Source: a virus. From it: DNA of 64,000 bases. Location: IMG/VR virus record IMGVR_UViG_3300010399_000034, positions 1 through 64,000 of that record; one strand, written 5' to 3'. Shown here piece after piece: positions 28,316 to 37,448 of this stretch. Under the pieces are notes generated by a model that made no database searches, was not told where the DNA came from, and saw only the letters and a list, made by a program, of their open reading frames with translations. Position numbers and translations under genes: made by a program. The number at the start of each line of letters is the position of its first letter. Within the stretch, counting starts at the first letter, position 1.

Positions 28316-29418
28316 AGCGCGTCCTCGTCATCCTCGGCACGCGTCCCGAAGCGATCAAGCTCTGGCCGGTGATCAATACGCTCCGCTCGCGCGATCTCGA
28401 CGTGCGTGTTGCCTCGACGAATCAGCAGCCGGATCTTCTTCAGCCGATCCTCGACGAGCTCGGCATTGATGAGGAGTACGCGCCATTGCCCGCGTTCGAA
28501 TCGGCGCTCGAAGGAAAGCCACTCGATGCGCGACTCGGTGCGTGGATCACCTGGCTCGGCGAGATCGTGCGCATCGCTCGCCCAGATCTTGTCATCGTCC
28601 AGGGCGACACCACGACCGCGCTCGCAGGTGCGCTCGCTGCCTTCTACAACCAAGTGCCGATCGCGCACGTCGAGGCCGGCCTACGCACGTACGACCTGAC
28701 GAGTCCGTTCCCGGAAGAGGCGAATCGGCAGATGATCGCGCGGCTCGCAACGCTGCACTTCGCTCCGACCAAGGCAGCTCGTGCGGCGCTTCGAATGGAG
28801 CTTCGAGACGGTTGGCGCTCCATGGTCGAAGCGGACGCAGACAAGCCCACACGCGGCATCTTCCTCGTCGGCAACACCTCGGTCGACGCGCTGCACATGG
28901 CAATGAAGCTTCCTGGGTTGTCGCACGAGCTGCCGCCCGCAGACATCCTCGTGACCTTCCATCGACGCGAGTCGTGGCCGGAAGCGAAGCAGGTCGTCCA
29001 CGCGGTAGACGAGCTCGCGAAGAGCGGACGCAAGGTCACTTGGGTGCTTCACAAGAACGTCGTCGGCGACATTGCAATGCAGGAGGCGCGACACATGCGC
29101 CTTGTTCCGGCGCTCCCCTATGGCGCCTTCGTCGATCAGCTCCTCAACGCCAAGCTCGTGATCACCGACTCGGGTGGCGTTGTCGAGGAAGCCGTCACGA
29201 TCGGCGTTCCGACGATCATGCTTCGCAATGCCACGGAGCGTAGCGAAGCGCTCGATGCTGGCGCGGATATCCTAGGTCTCGATGAGCTCCACCTGCTCGA
29301 ACGTGCTGTCGATGCGCAGCTCACGCGCGGCCGCAATCCATCCGACGTCTTCGGCGACGGCAAAACCGCAGAACGCATTGCCGATCGCGTCTGCGACTTC
29401 CTGCGTGCGAAACGCTGA
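28312..29418 (+). CDS. wecB: UDP-N-acetylglucosamine 2-epimerase (non-hydrolysing)
   Basis: GTRPEAIK, VQGDTTT, HVEAGLRT, PFPEEANR, TFHRRE, TDSGG..EEA, TERSE, FGDG. Confidence 0.95.
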   Translation: MKRVLVILGTRPEAIKLWPVINTLRSRDLDVRVASTNQQPDLLQPILDELGIDEEYAPLPAFESALEGKPLDARLGAWITWLGEIVRIARPDLVIVQGDTTTALAGALAAFYNQVPIAHVEAGLRTYDLTSPFPEEANRQMIARLATLHFAPTKAARAALRMELRDGWRSMVEADADKPTRGIFLVGNTSVDALHMAMKLPGLSHELPPADILVTFHRRESWPEAKQVVHAVDELAKSGRKVTWVLHKNVVGDIAMQEARHMRLVPALPYGAFVDQLLNAKLVITDSGGVVEEAVTIGVPTIMLRNATERSEALDAGADILGLDELHLLERAVDAQLTRGRNPSDVFGDGKTAERIADRVCDFLRAKR

Positions 29419-29771
29419 TGATCAACACGCTCAAGTTCCCCGACGGAACCGAGGTCGCGCTCTCGGATTGGAAGGAGGCTCCGCCTGTCTGGAGTACGCT
29501 CTACGCGCCGTGGGTCGAGTACGAGGACGGCCGCGTGCTGATCACGCCCGGCGGCTCCACGTCGTACTGCGATGGACAGCAAACCAGCAAGGGTTTCATC
29601 GGCGACTGTTCTCCGGAGGAATACGCTGTGTGGGCGAATCTTTCAGGGCGCGACCTCTGGCGCTTCTCCTGCTTCGTACGCGAATACGCTGGTCGTAGTG
29701 GATGCCGGCGGAGACGAACGCCGCAGTGGGTACGCCTCGTCGCCTTCATCATCGAGCACAACCCACAATGA
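29418..29771 (+). CDS. Small protein with capsid-family-A-like N-terminal motif
   Basis: LKFPDGTEVALSDWKEAPPVWST. Confidence 0.55.
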   Translation: MINTLKFPDGTEVALSDWKEAPPVWSTLYAPWVEYEDGRVLITPGGSTSYCDGQQTSKGFIGDCSPEEYAVWANLSGRDLWRFSCFVREYAGRSGCRRRRTPQWVRLVAFIIEHNPQ

Positions 29772-29992
29772 AGAAGCTGACAGTTGACATGCTCGACGTG
29801 CTTACGAGCATCGTCGCTGCTGAAGCCCACGGCCGCACGGTGTGGATGCATGGCTCTGCGGTTGCAGCATTGCAGAAGCGTGGCTTGATCGAGCTAGCGA
29901 ATCATAACGGCGTGTTGCACTGGGCGATCACGACGGCTGGACGAGAAGCGTTGAAGACGGGCAATGACGGAGCGAGGGGCCGACGATGCTAA
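29768..29992 (+). CDS. Small winged-helix-like protein
   Basis: ALQKRGLIE...WAITTAGREAL. Confidence 0.5.
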   Translation: MKKLTVDMLDVLTSIVAAEAHGRTVWMHGSAVAALQKRGLIELANHNGVLHWAITTAGREALKTGNDGARGRRC

Positions 29993-30312
29993 TCCGCGAC
30001 CAAGGCGGTCGACAGCGTGAACTCGGCGAGAGCGATCCGATTCGCCTTACAGACGGGACGAGCGTTCGGCTCTGCGACTGGGCGCATCTTCCGCTCTTCC
30101 CTGGCGTCTACGAGAACCACGACGAAGGTGGGCTGCTGATCTATCCAGGACCCGGCCACCTCGGCATGTTCACTGAAACGGAGTGGGCTGAGAAGATGAA
30201 CCGTCCGCTCTGGGCGATTCAGCGGATGGTCGACGCGTACCAGTCGCGTCGAGCTCGGGGCTTGCCGGCCCTGACGCAGTGGCGACAGCTCACTCGACGG
30301 AGGCGGCGGTGA
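29986..30312 (+). CDS. Small protein, paralog of 29418-29771
   Basis: IRLTDGTSVRLCDWAHLPL; EWA...RPLW vs VWA...RDLW. Confidence 0.55.
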   Translation: MLIRDQGGRQRELGESDPIRLTDGTSVRLCDWAHLPLFPGVYENHDEGGLLIYPGPGHLGMFTETEWAEKMNRPLWAIQRMVDAYQSRRARGLPALTQWRQLTRRRRR

Positions 30313-30707
30313 AAGACTATCAATGCGTCTACGACGTCAGCTTCAAGCTCTGGCACCTCACGCAGCGACAAGCCGATCCGCCGAGTAAGACCGAACCGTG
30401 GTGCTGGACGAGCTGCTACGTTGTGGCGATCCCGAAGCACGGCTACGAGAAGCGCCGGCCGACGTGCGAAGAGTGCCTTGGCCACGTCACGAAGTTCGAA
30501 CGCACCGGCGAAGCGGGCAAGACGCCAGAGCAGATCAATCGAGAGAACGGCCTCGGCTTCCAGGGCGCCAAGCAGTACAAGATGGTGCCACCAGGCGAGC
30601 TCGCGTCAGTTGCTTCGGAGCTATGGCTTGGGGGTGTAGAAGATCAGCTCGACGCGCTCTTCGTTGGCCGCACGAGTCGACGTGCTAGACTTGCAAGACG
30701 GCGATGA
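30309..30707 (+). CDS. Hypothetical Cys-containing protein
   Basis: GTGA overlap; WH...C...PTCEEC. Confidence 0.5.
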   Translation: MKDYQCVYDVSFKLWHLTQRQADPPSKTEPWCWTSCYVVAIPKHGYEKRRPTCEECLGHVTKFERTGEAGKTPEQINRENGLGFQGAKQYKMVPPGELASVASELWLGGVEDQLDALFVGRTSRRARLARRR

Positions 30708-31114
30708 TTCTGTTCGATCAACGCGACGGTATGTTGACGCTGACCTTCCCGAGCCGGCTTCGGCATGACGAGTTCAAGATCGGTCTTCAGCGGCTCATGG
30801 AGACCTGCAATGACGTCGACCTCCAAGGTGGTAAGCTCGTCATCATCGCCGATGTCCGTGTTGCAGAGGTGCCTAGTGCGACCGAACGTCGGCTCGTTGG
30901 CGAAGCGATCCGTGCAAACGACAACTGCCTGCGGCGGATCCTTTGCGGCTGGGCGGTCGTTACCGACTCGCTCCTGCATCGCGGCGTGATCACGGCCATC
31001 AGCTGGATCTCGCCATCGCCCTGTCCGCTCAGTACGTTCTCATCCGTCTCGCGAGCAGAGGCCTGGGCACAGCGTCAACTCTCCGGCGTCGGCTCCTCGT
31101 CATCGTCGTCCTGA
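30704..31114 (+). CDS. STAS/SEC14-like small protein (myxobacterial type)
   Basis: LVIIADVR...PSATERR...AVVTDS..RGVITAISW..P..P...F.S...AEAW. Confidence 0.55.
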   Translation: MILFDQRDGMLTLTFPSRLRHDEFKIGLQRLMETCNDVDLQGGKLVIIADVRVAEVPSATERRLVGEAIRANDNCLRRILCGWAVVTDSLLHRGVITAISWISPSPCPLSTFSSVSRAEAWAQRQLSGVGSSSSSS

Positions 31115-31509
31115 TCCTCGTCGCGGTGGGCCGGCATGTTCGGGATCGTCGTCGTCCAGCCGCGCAGATACTTGTTCTCTGCCTGAAGCCGAGCATTCCG
31201 CCCTGTGAGCTTCACATGCTCACGGTGAAGCGCAGCGAGCTGCATCTCGAGCTCGTTCACCCGATCGAACATCTCTTCGATGATCTTGGGCTGCGCCTCG
31301 GCCTGCACAAGCGCGAAGCGCCCGGAGTCTTCTCGGATCTGCTTGTCACGTTCGGCTTCACGGTCGCGAGCCGCCTTCTGCGCCTCTCTTTCGGCCTTGT
31401 CTTGCGCCATCCGCCGTGCGGCTCGTCCCTTGGCCCAGTGCCCCGCAGCGCCGGCTACGAGGCTCAGCGCGACGATGCCTAGATCCTTGGTGAGCTCGAG
31501 AACGTCCAC
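31075..31509 (-). CDS. Membrane-anchored coiled-coil protein
   Basis: N-terminal TM, coiled coil, acidic tail. Confidence 0.6.
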   Translation of the reverse strand: MDVLELTKDLGIVALSLVAGAAGHWAKGRAARRMAQDKAEREAQKAARDREAERDKQIREDSGRFALVQAEAQPKIIEEMFDRVNELEMQLAALHREHVKLTGRNARLQAENKYLRGWTTTIPNMPAHRDEDQDDDDEEPTPES

Positions 31510-31542
31510 GTGTAGGAGTATGTCCTACACCTGCGGGAAGTT

Positions 31543-31992
31543 CTAGCCGTCGATCGGTCTGCGGATGCGCAGTGGCGGCGCTGACGCTAACAGCGGGCAC
31601 GGTCCGAACATGTGCCGATGCTCTTTGATGAAGATCCGCGCTTCTTCCTCGAAGAACGCATGTAGGAGCTTCGCGATCTCGTCGCAATGCTCTTCGGCGC
31701 ACGTGATGTCGAGCGAGTCGTGAAGCCACGCGAACGTGGCCGTCGGATCGATCTCCGCCGCACGACGGACGAGCACAACGTACCGGTTTAGGGTCGGCTT
31801 GCGTGGAAGGTCGATCGTCTTGAACGTCGGCGTGCCAGCCCATTCGGAGGCTTGCAGGACTGGCGGCAGCGCCGGTTGCAGCTTCGGCTCTTCGAGCCTT
31901 CGTCCGGTGCGCGACATCTTGAATGTGCACTTCTCGCACGCGTACGAGATCAAGAGCTCGACCAGCTTCGATCCACAGTCGGGGCAGTTCAT
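31543..31992 (-). CDS. Zn-ribbon protein
   Basis: CPDCGSKLVELLISYACEKC. Confidence 0.6.
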   Translation of the reverse strand: MNCPDCGSKLVELLISYACEKCTFKMSRTGRRLEEPKLQPALPPVLQASEWAGTPTFKTIDLPRKPTLNRYVVLVRRAAEIDPTATFAWLHDSLDITCAEEHCDEIAKLLHAFFEEEARIFIKEHRHMFGPCPLLASAPPLRIRRPIDG

Positions 31993-32777
31993 GTCTTCTC
32001 CGGTTCGTCCCAACGAAGCGTGTATCGACGCTTCGGCTTGAGGCCCAAAGCTTCCGCGGCACGAACGACAGCGATGTCTTCACGGATCCACTCGCGTCGC
32101 TCTGTTGTATTGCCGAGCAGCCCGTTGTAAAGATGGCCATTGTGGCGCTCGATGAAACCGTCCGGGATGTCGTTCGCGAGCAGATTTTCAGCCTTGGCGA
32201 GAAGCTTTGCGTGGCGCATCACTCGCGTCTCCGCTCTTGCCGCTCCTGGTAGCGGACCGACGACTTGTAGTCCTCGATGTCCATCACGTTGCCGCTGTAG
32301 CACGCACCGAGCGCCTCTGGATTGAGCTCGTAGCCGGGGCAGCTCGAGAGGAGCTCGCCCTCGGCGGCGCGACAGACCGTGCAGAGCGCGAGCCCTCCGG
32401 CGCAGATGTGGCAGCGCTCGCTGTCGCAGGCGTGGAAGTTGTGCTTGATGCCGCTCATTCGCGGACCTCCCACGTCGAGAGCCCGATCGCATCGCATTCG
32501 GCTTGCGTCAGGTGATGCCACCTGACGAGCGTTTCGATCGACTCTTCGGTTGTCATCTGCGCGTCGTCGGCATGCGCACCAGGCCTTTCGAACTGCCGGC
32601 CGACGTTGACCGCTACTTCGATCTCGTATTCGAGGAGCTGCCTCTCGGCTTCGTCCAAAGCTCGAAAACTCGCGTGTGAAACGATCCAGCGCGTGTGAAG
32701 GCCAATCCACTCGCGTGGCGTCACTCGAAGAACTACGTACTTGTCGCGATCGTCGAACAGGTAGCTGCGTACGAGTT

Positions 32778-33173
32778 TCATTGACACACCGTCGGCAAGC
32801 AGTAGATCGCAGCGTCGTTGTGGAACTCCTCGCACGAGTTGACGTCGAGGCTTGCGAAGCAGCGCTCAAGCTCCTCTTCGTCACACGTGCCGCGCACCCA
32901 TGGGCAGCTCGGCATCGGACAGCCAGGCTCGATCGAGCCGTCGAGCACGCCGACGTTCCACTCGAGCGTGAACTCGTTGCAGGCTTGTGCGGCTGTAGTC
33001 TGCTGCTCGGCCGGCGCGCACGAGCTCGAGAGGATCGCGATCACGATTGCGAGAACTAGGATCCCGAGCGCGTAGAGGCAGCCCGTCGTATTGATCACGA
33101 CATGACGCTTGGCGCCCTCCGCGTTCGTCATTGTGAACGTTACTTCGAACAACGGCTTCTTCTCGTCGCTCAT
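32778..33173 (-). CDS. Cys-rich putative lipoprotein
   Basis: Hydrophobic stretch ending LSSSC; many Cys. Confidence 0.55.
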   Translation of the reverse strand: MSDEKKPLFEVTFTMTNAEGAKRHVVINTTGCLYALGILVLAIVIAILSSSCAPAEQQTTAAQACNEFTLEWNVGVLDGSIEPGCPMPSCPWVRGTCDEEELERCFASLDVNSCEEFHNDAAIYCLPTVCQ

Positions 33174-33535
33174 GGCTTTGAGCCCTCCCCGCGGATCTCT
33201 ACGTACGCTTCGAGCGCAGCGAGGACTTCAGCTTTCGCGGCGCGAAAGATCGTATAGCTTTCTGGGCGGGACCTGTGCGGTCCGACATTGAAGAGTGCCG
33301 CAACAGCGTCCGCGAGCTTGTCGGCCGCTTCGAGTTGCTCCGTCGGCCAGTCGATCGGCTCGTCGTCTTCGATTCGACGCCCGAACGCTGCCTCAGCGAC
33401 CGTTTGTTCGGTCATCTCGGACAGCCACTTGCGGAGCGCAGGGAACGCGTTGAAGAACTCTTCGCGAAGAGCAGCTCGCGTCGCTTCTCGCGAAACTCCG
33501 AACCCACCGAAGGGCTTCTTCTCATCATCGGCCAT
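33170..33535 (-). CDS. Hypothetical protein
   Basis: ORF track; AAAGG RBS; ATGA coupling downstream. Confidence 0.55.
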   Translation of the reverse strand: MADDEKKPFGGFGVSREATRAALREEFFNAFPALRKWLSEMTEQTVAEAAFGRRIEDDEPIDWPTEQLEAADKLADAVAALFNVGPHRSRPESYTIFRAAKAEVLAALEAYVEIRGEGSKP

Positions 33536-33829
33536 TGCTTATGCCTTTCGTTAGTTCCCCCAAAGCCATAGCTCCAAACCCGCGCCTCATCGTGGCCCCT
33601 CGTCCGTCGGCGGCATCTCGAGCGGGCTCACCGTCACACCCTCGATCCAACCGGCCTCTCGCACGAAGTCCCGTACGATCCTACGCCAAGGATTCGGCTT
33701 GATCTGCCCGCGCATTCGAAAGCAGCTCGCGCAGAGCTTATAGCCTTCGAAGAAGCCCGCCGGTTTGCCGTTCATTTGCCCAAGGCAGCATTGACATTGA
33801 TGCCGCTTCCGCTTCTTCACGTCGGTGGC

Positions 33830-34108
33830 TCAGAAGCGGAGGTCCATCGCCCTGACAGCTCGGATCTTGATCTCGGCATCCGCGACCTCGCCGCCAATGA
33901 AGCCGAACTGTCGGATAGCGCTCTCGAGCGTGTCGGCCGCGTCGATGCCGCAACGTGCGCAGGCGTGCACCAGTGCTTCCATGAGTGGGCGTGTCTCTCG
34001 GTCGTGCTGTGCGAGCAGGTACGCTGTGCCGATGATGCCACAGTAGTAGGCCTGCTGTTCGCGCTTCACATCTTCGTTCGAACCTTCGATCACGTTTAGC
34101 TTGTCCAT
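33830..34108 (-). CDS. Hypothetical protein
   Basis: GAGGG RBS, MDKLNV start. Confidence 0.5.
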   Translation of the reverse strand: MDKLNVIEGSNEDVKREQQAYYCGIIGTAYLLAQHDRETRPLMEALVHACARCGIDAADTLESAIRQFGFIGGEVADAEIKIRAVRAMDLRF

Positions 34109-34232
34109 TTCACCCTCTCTTGTTGTTAGGACAGGATCTCGATCAGCATGCGGACGATTGCGACCTTGGCGACGTCGAAGTAGCCGCGGGAGGCTGCAAG
34201 CACTGCGATGCTGCGCCAGTATTGCATGTTGT

Positions 34233-34637
34233 TCATGTGTCATCGCTGCACGGTGGGAGCCCGAGGACGCTGCGGACTTGTTCACGATCGCGCGGTTGTT
34301 CTTTCCACGAACGGGTTCGACTTGCGCGGTGGTGCTCGATGAACTCCTTGAACGAGCCGAAGACGAGCGCGCGATCGGGCTCGACCTTCGGTGCGTCTTT
34401 GAAGCGTGGAAGCTTCAGGACGTTGCGCGCGAGGATCAGCGAGCCGATGCAGTGCTCGCCGCGCTCGCGGCTCTCCCACTTCGTGAGCCACTCCGGATCT
34501 TCGTAGTCGATCGACTCGTGGCACGGGAGCGCTTCGTCACGTGCGATCGAGAGTGCGAACTCTTCGGGCATGGCTGCGCCGAGCCAGCCTGGCAACGACG
34601 TCCGGCGGAACGGGCAACTCCTGCAAGGCTTCTTCAT
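34233..34637 (-). CDS. Cys/His-rich protein (DUF6283-like)
   Basis: PCRSCPFRR...GW...LPCH...HCIGSL. Confidence 0.5.
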   Translation of the reverse strand: MKKPCRSCPFRRTSLPGWLGAAMPEEFALSIARDEALPCHESIDYEDPEWLTKWESRERGEHCIGSLILARNVLKLPRFKDAPKVEPDRALVFGSFKEFIEHHRASRTRSWKEQPRDREQVRSVLGLPPCSDDT

Positions 34638-35542
34638 GTCTCGAACTTCGAGAGCTTGCGGACGCCGTCCGTGTCGTAGCCGAGCTCGCGCAACGTAGAG
34701 ATGAGGCCGCGGACCTGCTTGGCGCGGCTCTCTTCGCCGAGGACCCAATGAAGGAGCGCCCGCGCGTCGTTCGAGAGTCCACCGAGGAAGTCCTCGTTCT
34801 CGGCGAGCTTGCGCAGGACGGCGGTCCCCGGGCGCGCTGCACGGACCTCGCCCGTGGCGTGTCCATTCCCGTTGCTCTTGCGCATCTTCGTCTGGCGCTT
34901 CGCTTCTTCGACGGTGACGCCGAGCGTGGCGTACTCCTCAGCCTTCTCGCGCTGCTGTTCGCGTGGCAGATCGCGCAGGGTCATGGCGGCGGTCTGCGAG
35001 AGCCGGCGGTCGTGAACGAGGCGCTGTACCTGATCGTCGAGGTCGAGCAGGTTGAGCAGCGTCTTCACGCTCGGAAGCGGCAGACCCATCGTGACCGCTA
35101 CGTCCTCTTCGGACCGCCCGAGATCGAGGTAGCGCTGCGCCTTGCGCGCCCGGATGATCGGCGAGTCGTCGACCCTGTTTTCGTTCTCGGCGAGCGTGAT
35201 CCCGAACGCGTCGCCGTCGCTCGTCCGCTTCACCATGCACGGGACCTTGATCGGCTCGCCGCCGGCTGCGACGAGGCGTTTGTTCGCTTCGCGTGCTCCG
35301 CGGACGCGTTGGCGGCCTGCGATGACCTCGACCTGTTCCCCGTTCTTGCGAACGAGCACCGGCTCGAGCACGCCATAGCACATGATGTTCTTGACCCACT
35401 CTTCGGTGAGTCCGAGATGGATCCGCTCGTCGTAGAGCGGGTGTTCGCGCCCATCTTTCGTGTCGAGCCCAACGATCGTCAGGTCGTCCGGGTCCATGCC
35501 GAACGCATTGAGCCTCGAGCCCTCGAGTGCCTGCTTAGCCAT
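34634..35542 (-). CDS. parB: ParB/Srx-family protein with HTH
   Basis: GVLEPVLVRK...VIAGRQRVRGA, LAENENR, GRSEEDVAVTMG HTH. Confidence 0.85.
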   Translation of the reverse strand: MAKQALEGSRLNAFGMDPDDLTIVGLDTKDGREHPLYDERIHLGLTEEWVKNIMCYGVLEPVLVRKNGEQVEVIAGRQRVRGAREANKRLVAAGGEPIKVPCMVKRTSDGDAFGITLAENENRVDDSPIIRARKAQRYLDLGRSEEDVAVTMGLPLPSVKTLLNLLDLDDQVQRLVHDRRLSQTAAMTLRDLPREQQREKAEEYATLGVTVEEAKRQTKMRKSNGNGHATGEVRAARPGTAVLRKLAENEDFLGGLSNDARALLHWVLGEESRAKQVRGLISTLRELGYDTDGVRKLSKFET

Positions 35543-35566
35543 TGTTCACCACCCTTCTTTCAACGA

Positions 35567-35728
35567 TCCCGCCCGGCCGAGTCGAACGGCCGATCCGCGT
35601 CTCACATGTGCTCTCGCTCTTTCATTACGGGGTGCCTGGCTGGCTGCCCCGTTCGAGGTGCCCGCTAGACGGCGCCGCACAGTCGATGAATGCGAGGGCG
35701 CGCTTATACGCGGCGAACCCACGGCGGG
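35567..35728 (-). ncRNA. tRNA-like structured element with long insertion
   Basis: Acceptor CCCGCC/GGCGGG+A; T-arm CGGCCG-TTCGACT-CGGCCG; long stem CCGCGT/ACGCGG; fills the intergenic gap. Confidence 0.5.
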
Positions 35729-35733
35729 TAGTT

Positions 35734-36033
35734 CTAACGCTTGTTCAATCGACGCTGCTCGACCCCTTCATAGATGTTCAATCGACGCTGCTCCTCGAGC
35801 ATTGCCCGGCGCTCCGTTTCGATCTTGTTGAGGTCGATCTCGAAGTAGCGCGAAAGGATTGTCTCGACCCCTTCATAGATGCGTTCGTACTCTGCGCGCT
35901 GGTCATTCCAGCGACACAGCCTGATGGCTTCTTCCTGCGCTTCCAACCAATCGAGGAACGCACCGATCTTCTGCGAGTCGTCTTTGATCGCGTGCAAGCG
36001 CGTGTGCTCCGGGTACGGGTCGTTGTCGGGCAT
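35734..36033 (-). CDS. Hypothetical protein with C-terminal duplication
   Basis: MPDNDPYPEH...IYEGVE and EQRRLN repeated. Confidence 0.6.
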   Translation of the reverse strand: MPDNDPYPEHTRLHAIKDDSQKIGAFLDWLEAQEEAIRLCRWNDQRAEYERIYEGVETILSRYFEIDLNKIETERRAMLEEQRRLNIYEGVEQRRLNKR

Positions 36034-36569
36034 CGCTACTCGTCCTCCTCGTCCATCACGTCCATTGCGTGGTCCGCTGCGAGGCGGCGTGCTGCTTGGA
36101 GATGAATCGACGCCTTCTTGATGATCTCGCGTTGTCCTTCCACCGAGGACCGGCCCGCCTCGCCGGAGTCGACACACGGCGTAAGGAGCGCGATGTCTAC
36201 CATCCAGACGAAACCGTCGCGTGCCTTTACCCAGGCCTTCGGTCCGGTGACGTCTTGGACCAACGCACGCGCCGTGAGCGATCCTCGCGGCGCCCAGACG
36301 TAATCGCCCTTCTGCACGTTCGCCACTTCCGGCGCCCTGAACGGCGGACGCTTCCCACTCGAGTCGATCACGATCACCACCCTTTCAACGCTCTCAGCGT
36401 TTGCTCTTCCGAGGACCACCCTTGCTCTTCTTCCGTTCCTTCCGGCGTCGGAGCGTCTTTGGATTGCCGTTCGCCGGCTTGGTCGAGATCTCGACGGGCG
36501 TGCTCTCGAGGAGCGCATCGAGACCGGCGATGCCCGCATTCAACGGGATGCGAATCCGCGGTACGAGCT

Positions 36570-37448
36570 TCATGCGTCCCTCATCTTCTTCCGGACCTGC
36601 CGGAGTAGCTTTGCCGACTCGAGCGCGGCTGCTTCGTCGAGGTAGCCGTCGGTCGTCTCGGGCGAGTCGTGGTTCAAGATCTTCTGAACAGCGAACCTGT
36701 TACCAGAGATCATGCCTGCTTGCAATGCTACGGTGCGACGAAGCCGATGCAAATAGATTCTGTCCTCGATGCCCGCAGCGGCCGCGAGCTCGTGAAGCTT
36801 GCGCCGACAGGCCTGATACGCTGCGCCGTTCGCGGTCCAGTCGTCCGTCTTGCTGACGGCCGTGGCGACGAGCTGACCTTCGCCGAGGCGATCGCGCAGG
36901 CGCTTCCATTCCCGCTTGGCGCCGAGCACCGAATAGACGATCGGCTTACTCCCCTTCACCACGATCCGTGTGATCCCGTCCTCGCGTGCGAATCCGGCAT
37001 CGATGACCCCAGCGTCGGTCCGCAGCACGTCCGAGACGCGCAGAGCCGAGCTGCACATCACGTCGATCACCCGGCCGGCCGTCGTCTCGTCTGCCTCTAC
37101 GAGTCGAAGGAACGGCCTCCACAGCTCGATCGGGATGGACACGGCCTCCTTGAGCCGCTTGGGCTCCTTGCGCCTCTTCCTCTTGCGGTGCGACGCCGGC
37201 TCGGGCGGGAGCTCGGCGGGCGGTGGAAGCCTGTTCCGGCGCCCCTCAGATTCGCAGAAGTCGGCCCAGAGGGCCCACGCCCAGCGGTAGTCACGCAGGC
37301 GCTTGCGGAGCATTTGCGAGGCCGGCGGGCTCGTCCCGTGGTCGCGCATCGTCCTCACGTCGTTCGCAGCCTTCCGCGCCGAGGTGATCGCCAGCTTCTC
37401 GCGATCGATCATCCACGCACGAAAGCGGTCGAGTGCTTCGGCGTTCAC
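36570..37448 (-). CDS. Tyrosine recombinase/integrase
   Basis: Catalytic set R (LRVSD), K (VKGSK), HxxR (HRLRR), H (LNH), Y (TDGY); GTG start overlapping the upstream stop. Confidence 0.85.
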   Translation of the reverse strand: MNAEALDRFRAWMIDREKLAITSARKAANDVRTMRDHGTSPPASQMLRKRLRDYRWAWALWADFCESEGRRNRLPPPAELPPEPASHRKRKRRKEPKRLKEAVSIPIELWRPFLRLVEADETTAGRVIDVMCSSALRVSDVLRTDAGVIDAGFAREDGITRIVVKGSKPIVYSVLGAKREWKRLRDRLGEGQLVATAVSKTDDWTANGAAYQACRRKLHELAAAAGIEDRIYLHRLRRTVALQAGMISGNRFAVQKILNHDSPETTDGYLDEAAALESAKLLRQVRKKMRDA

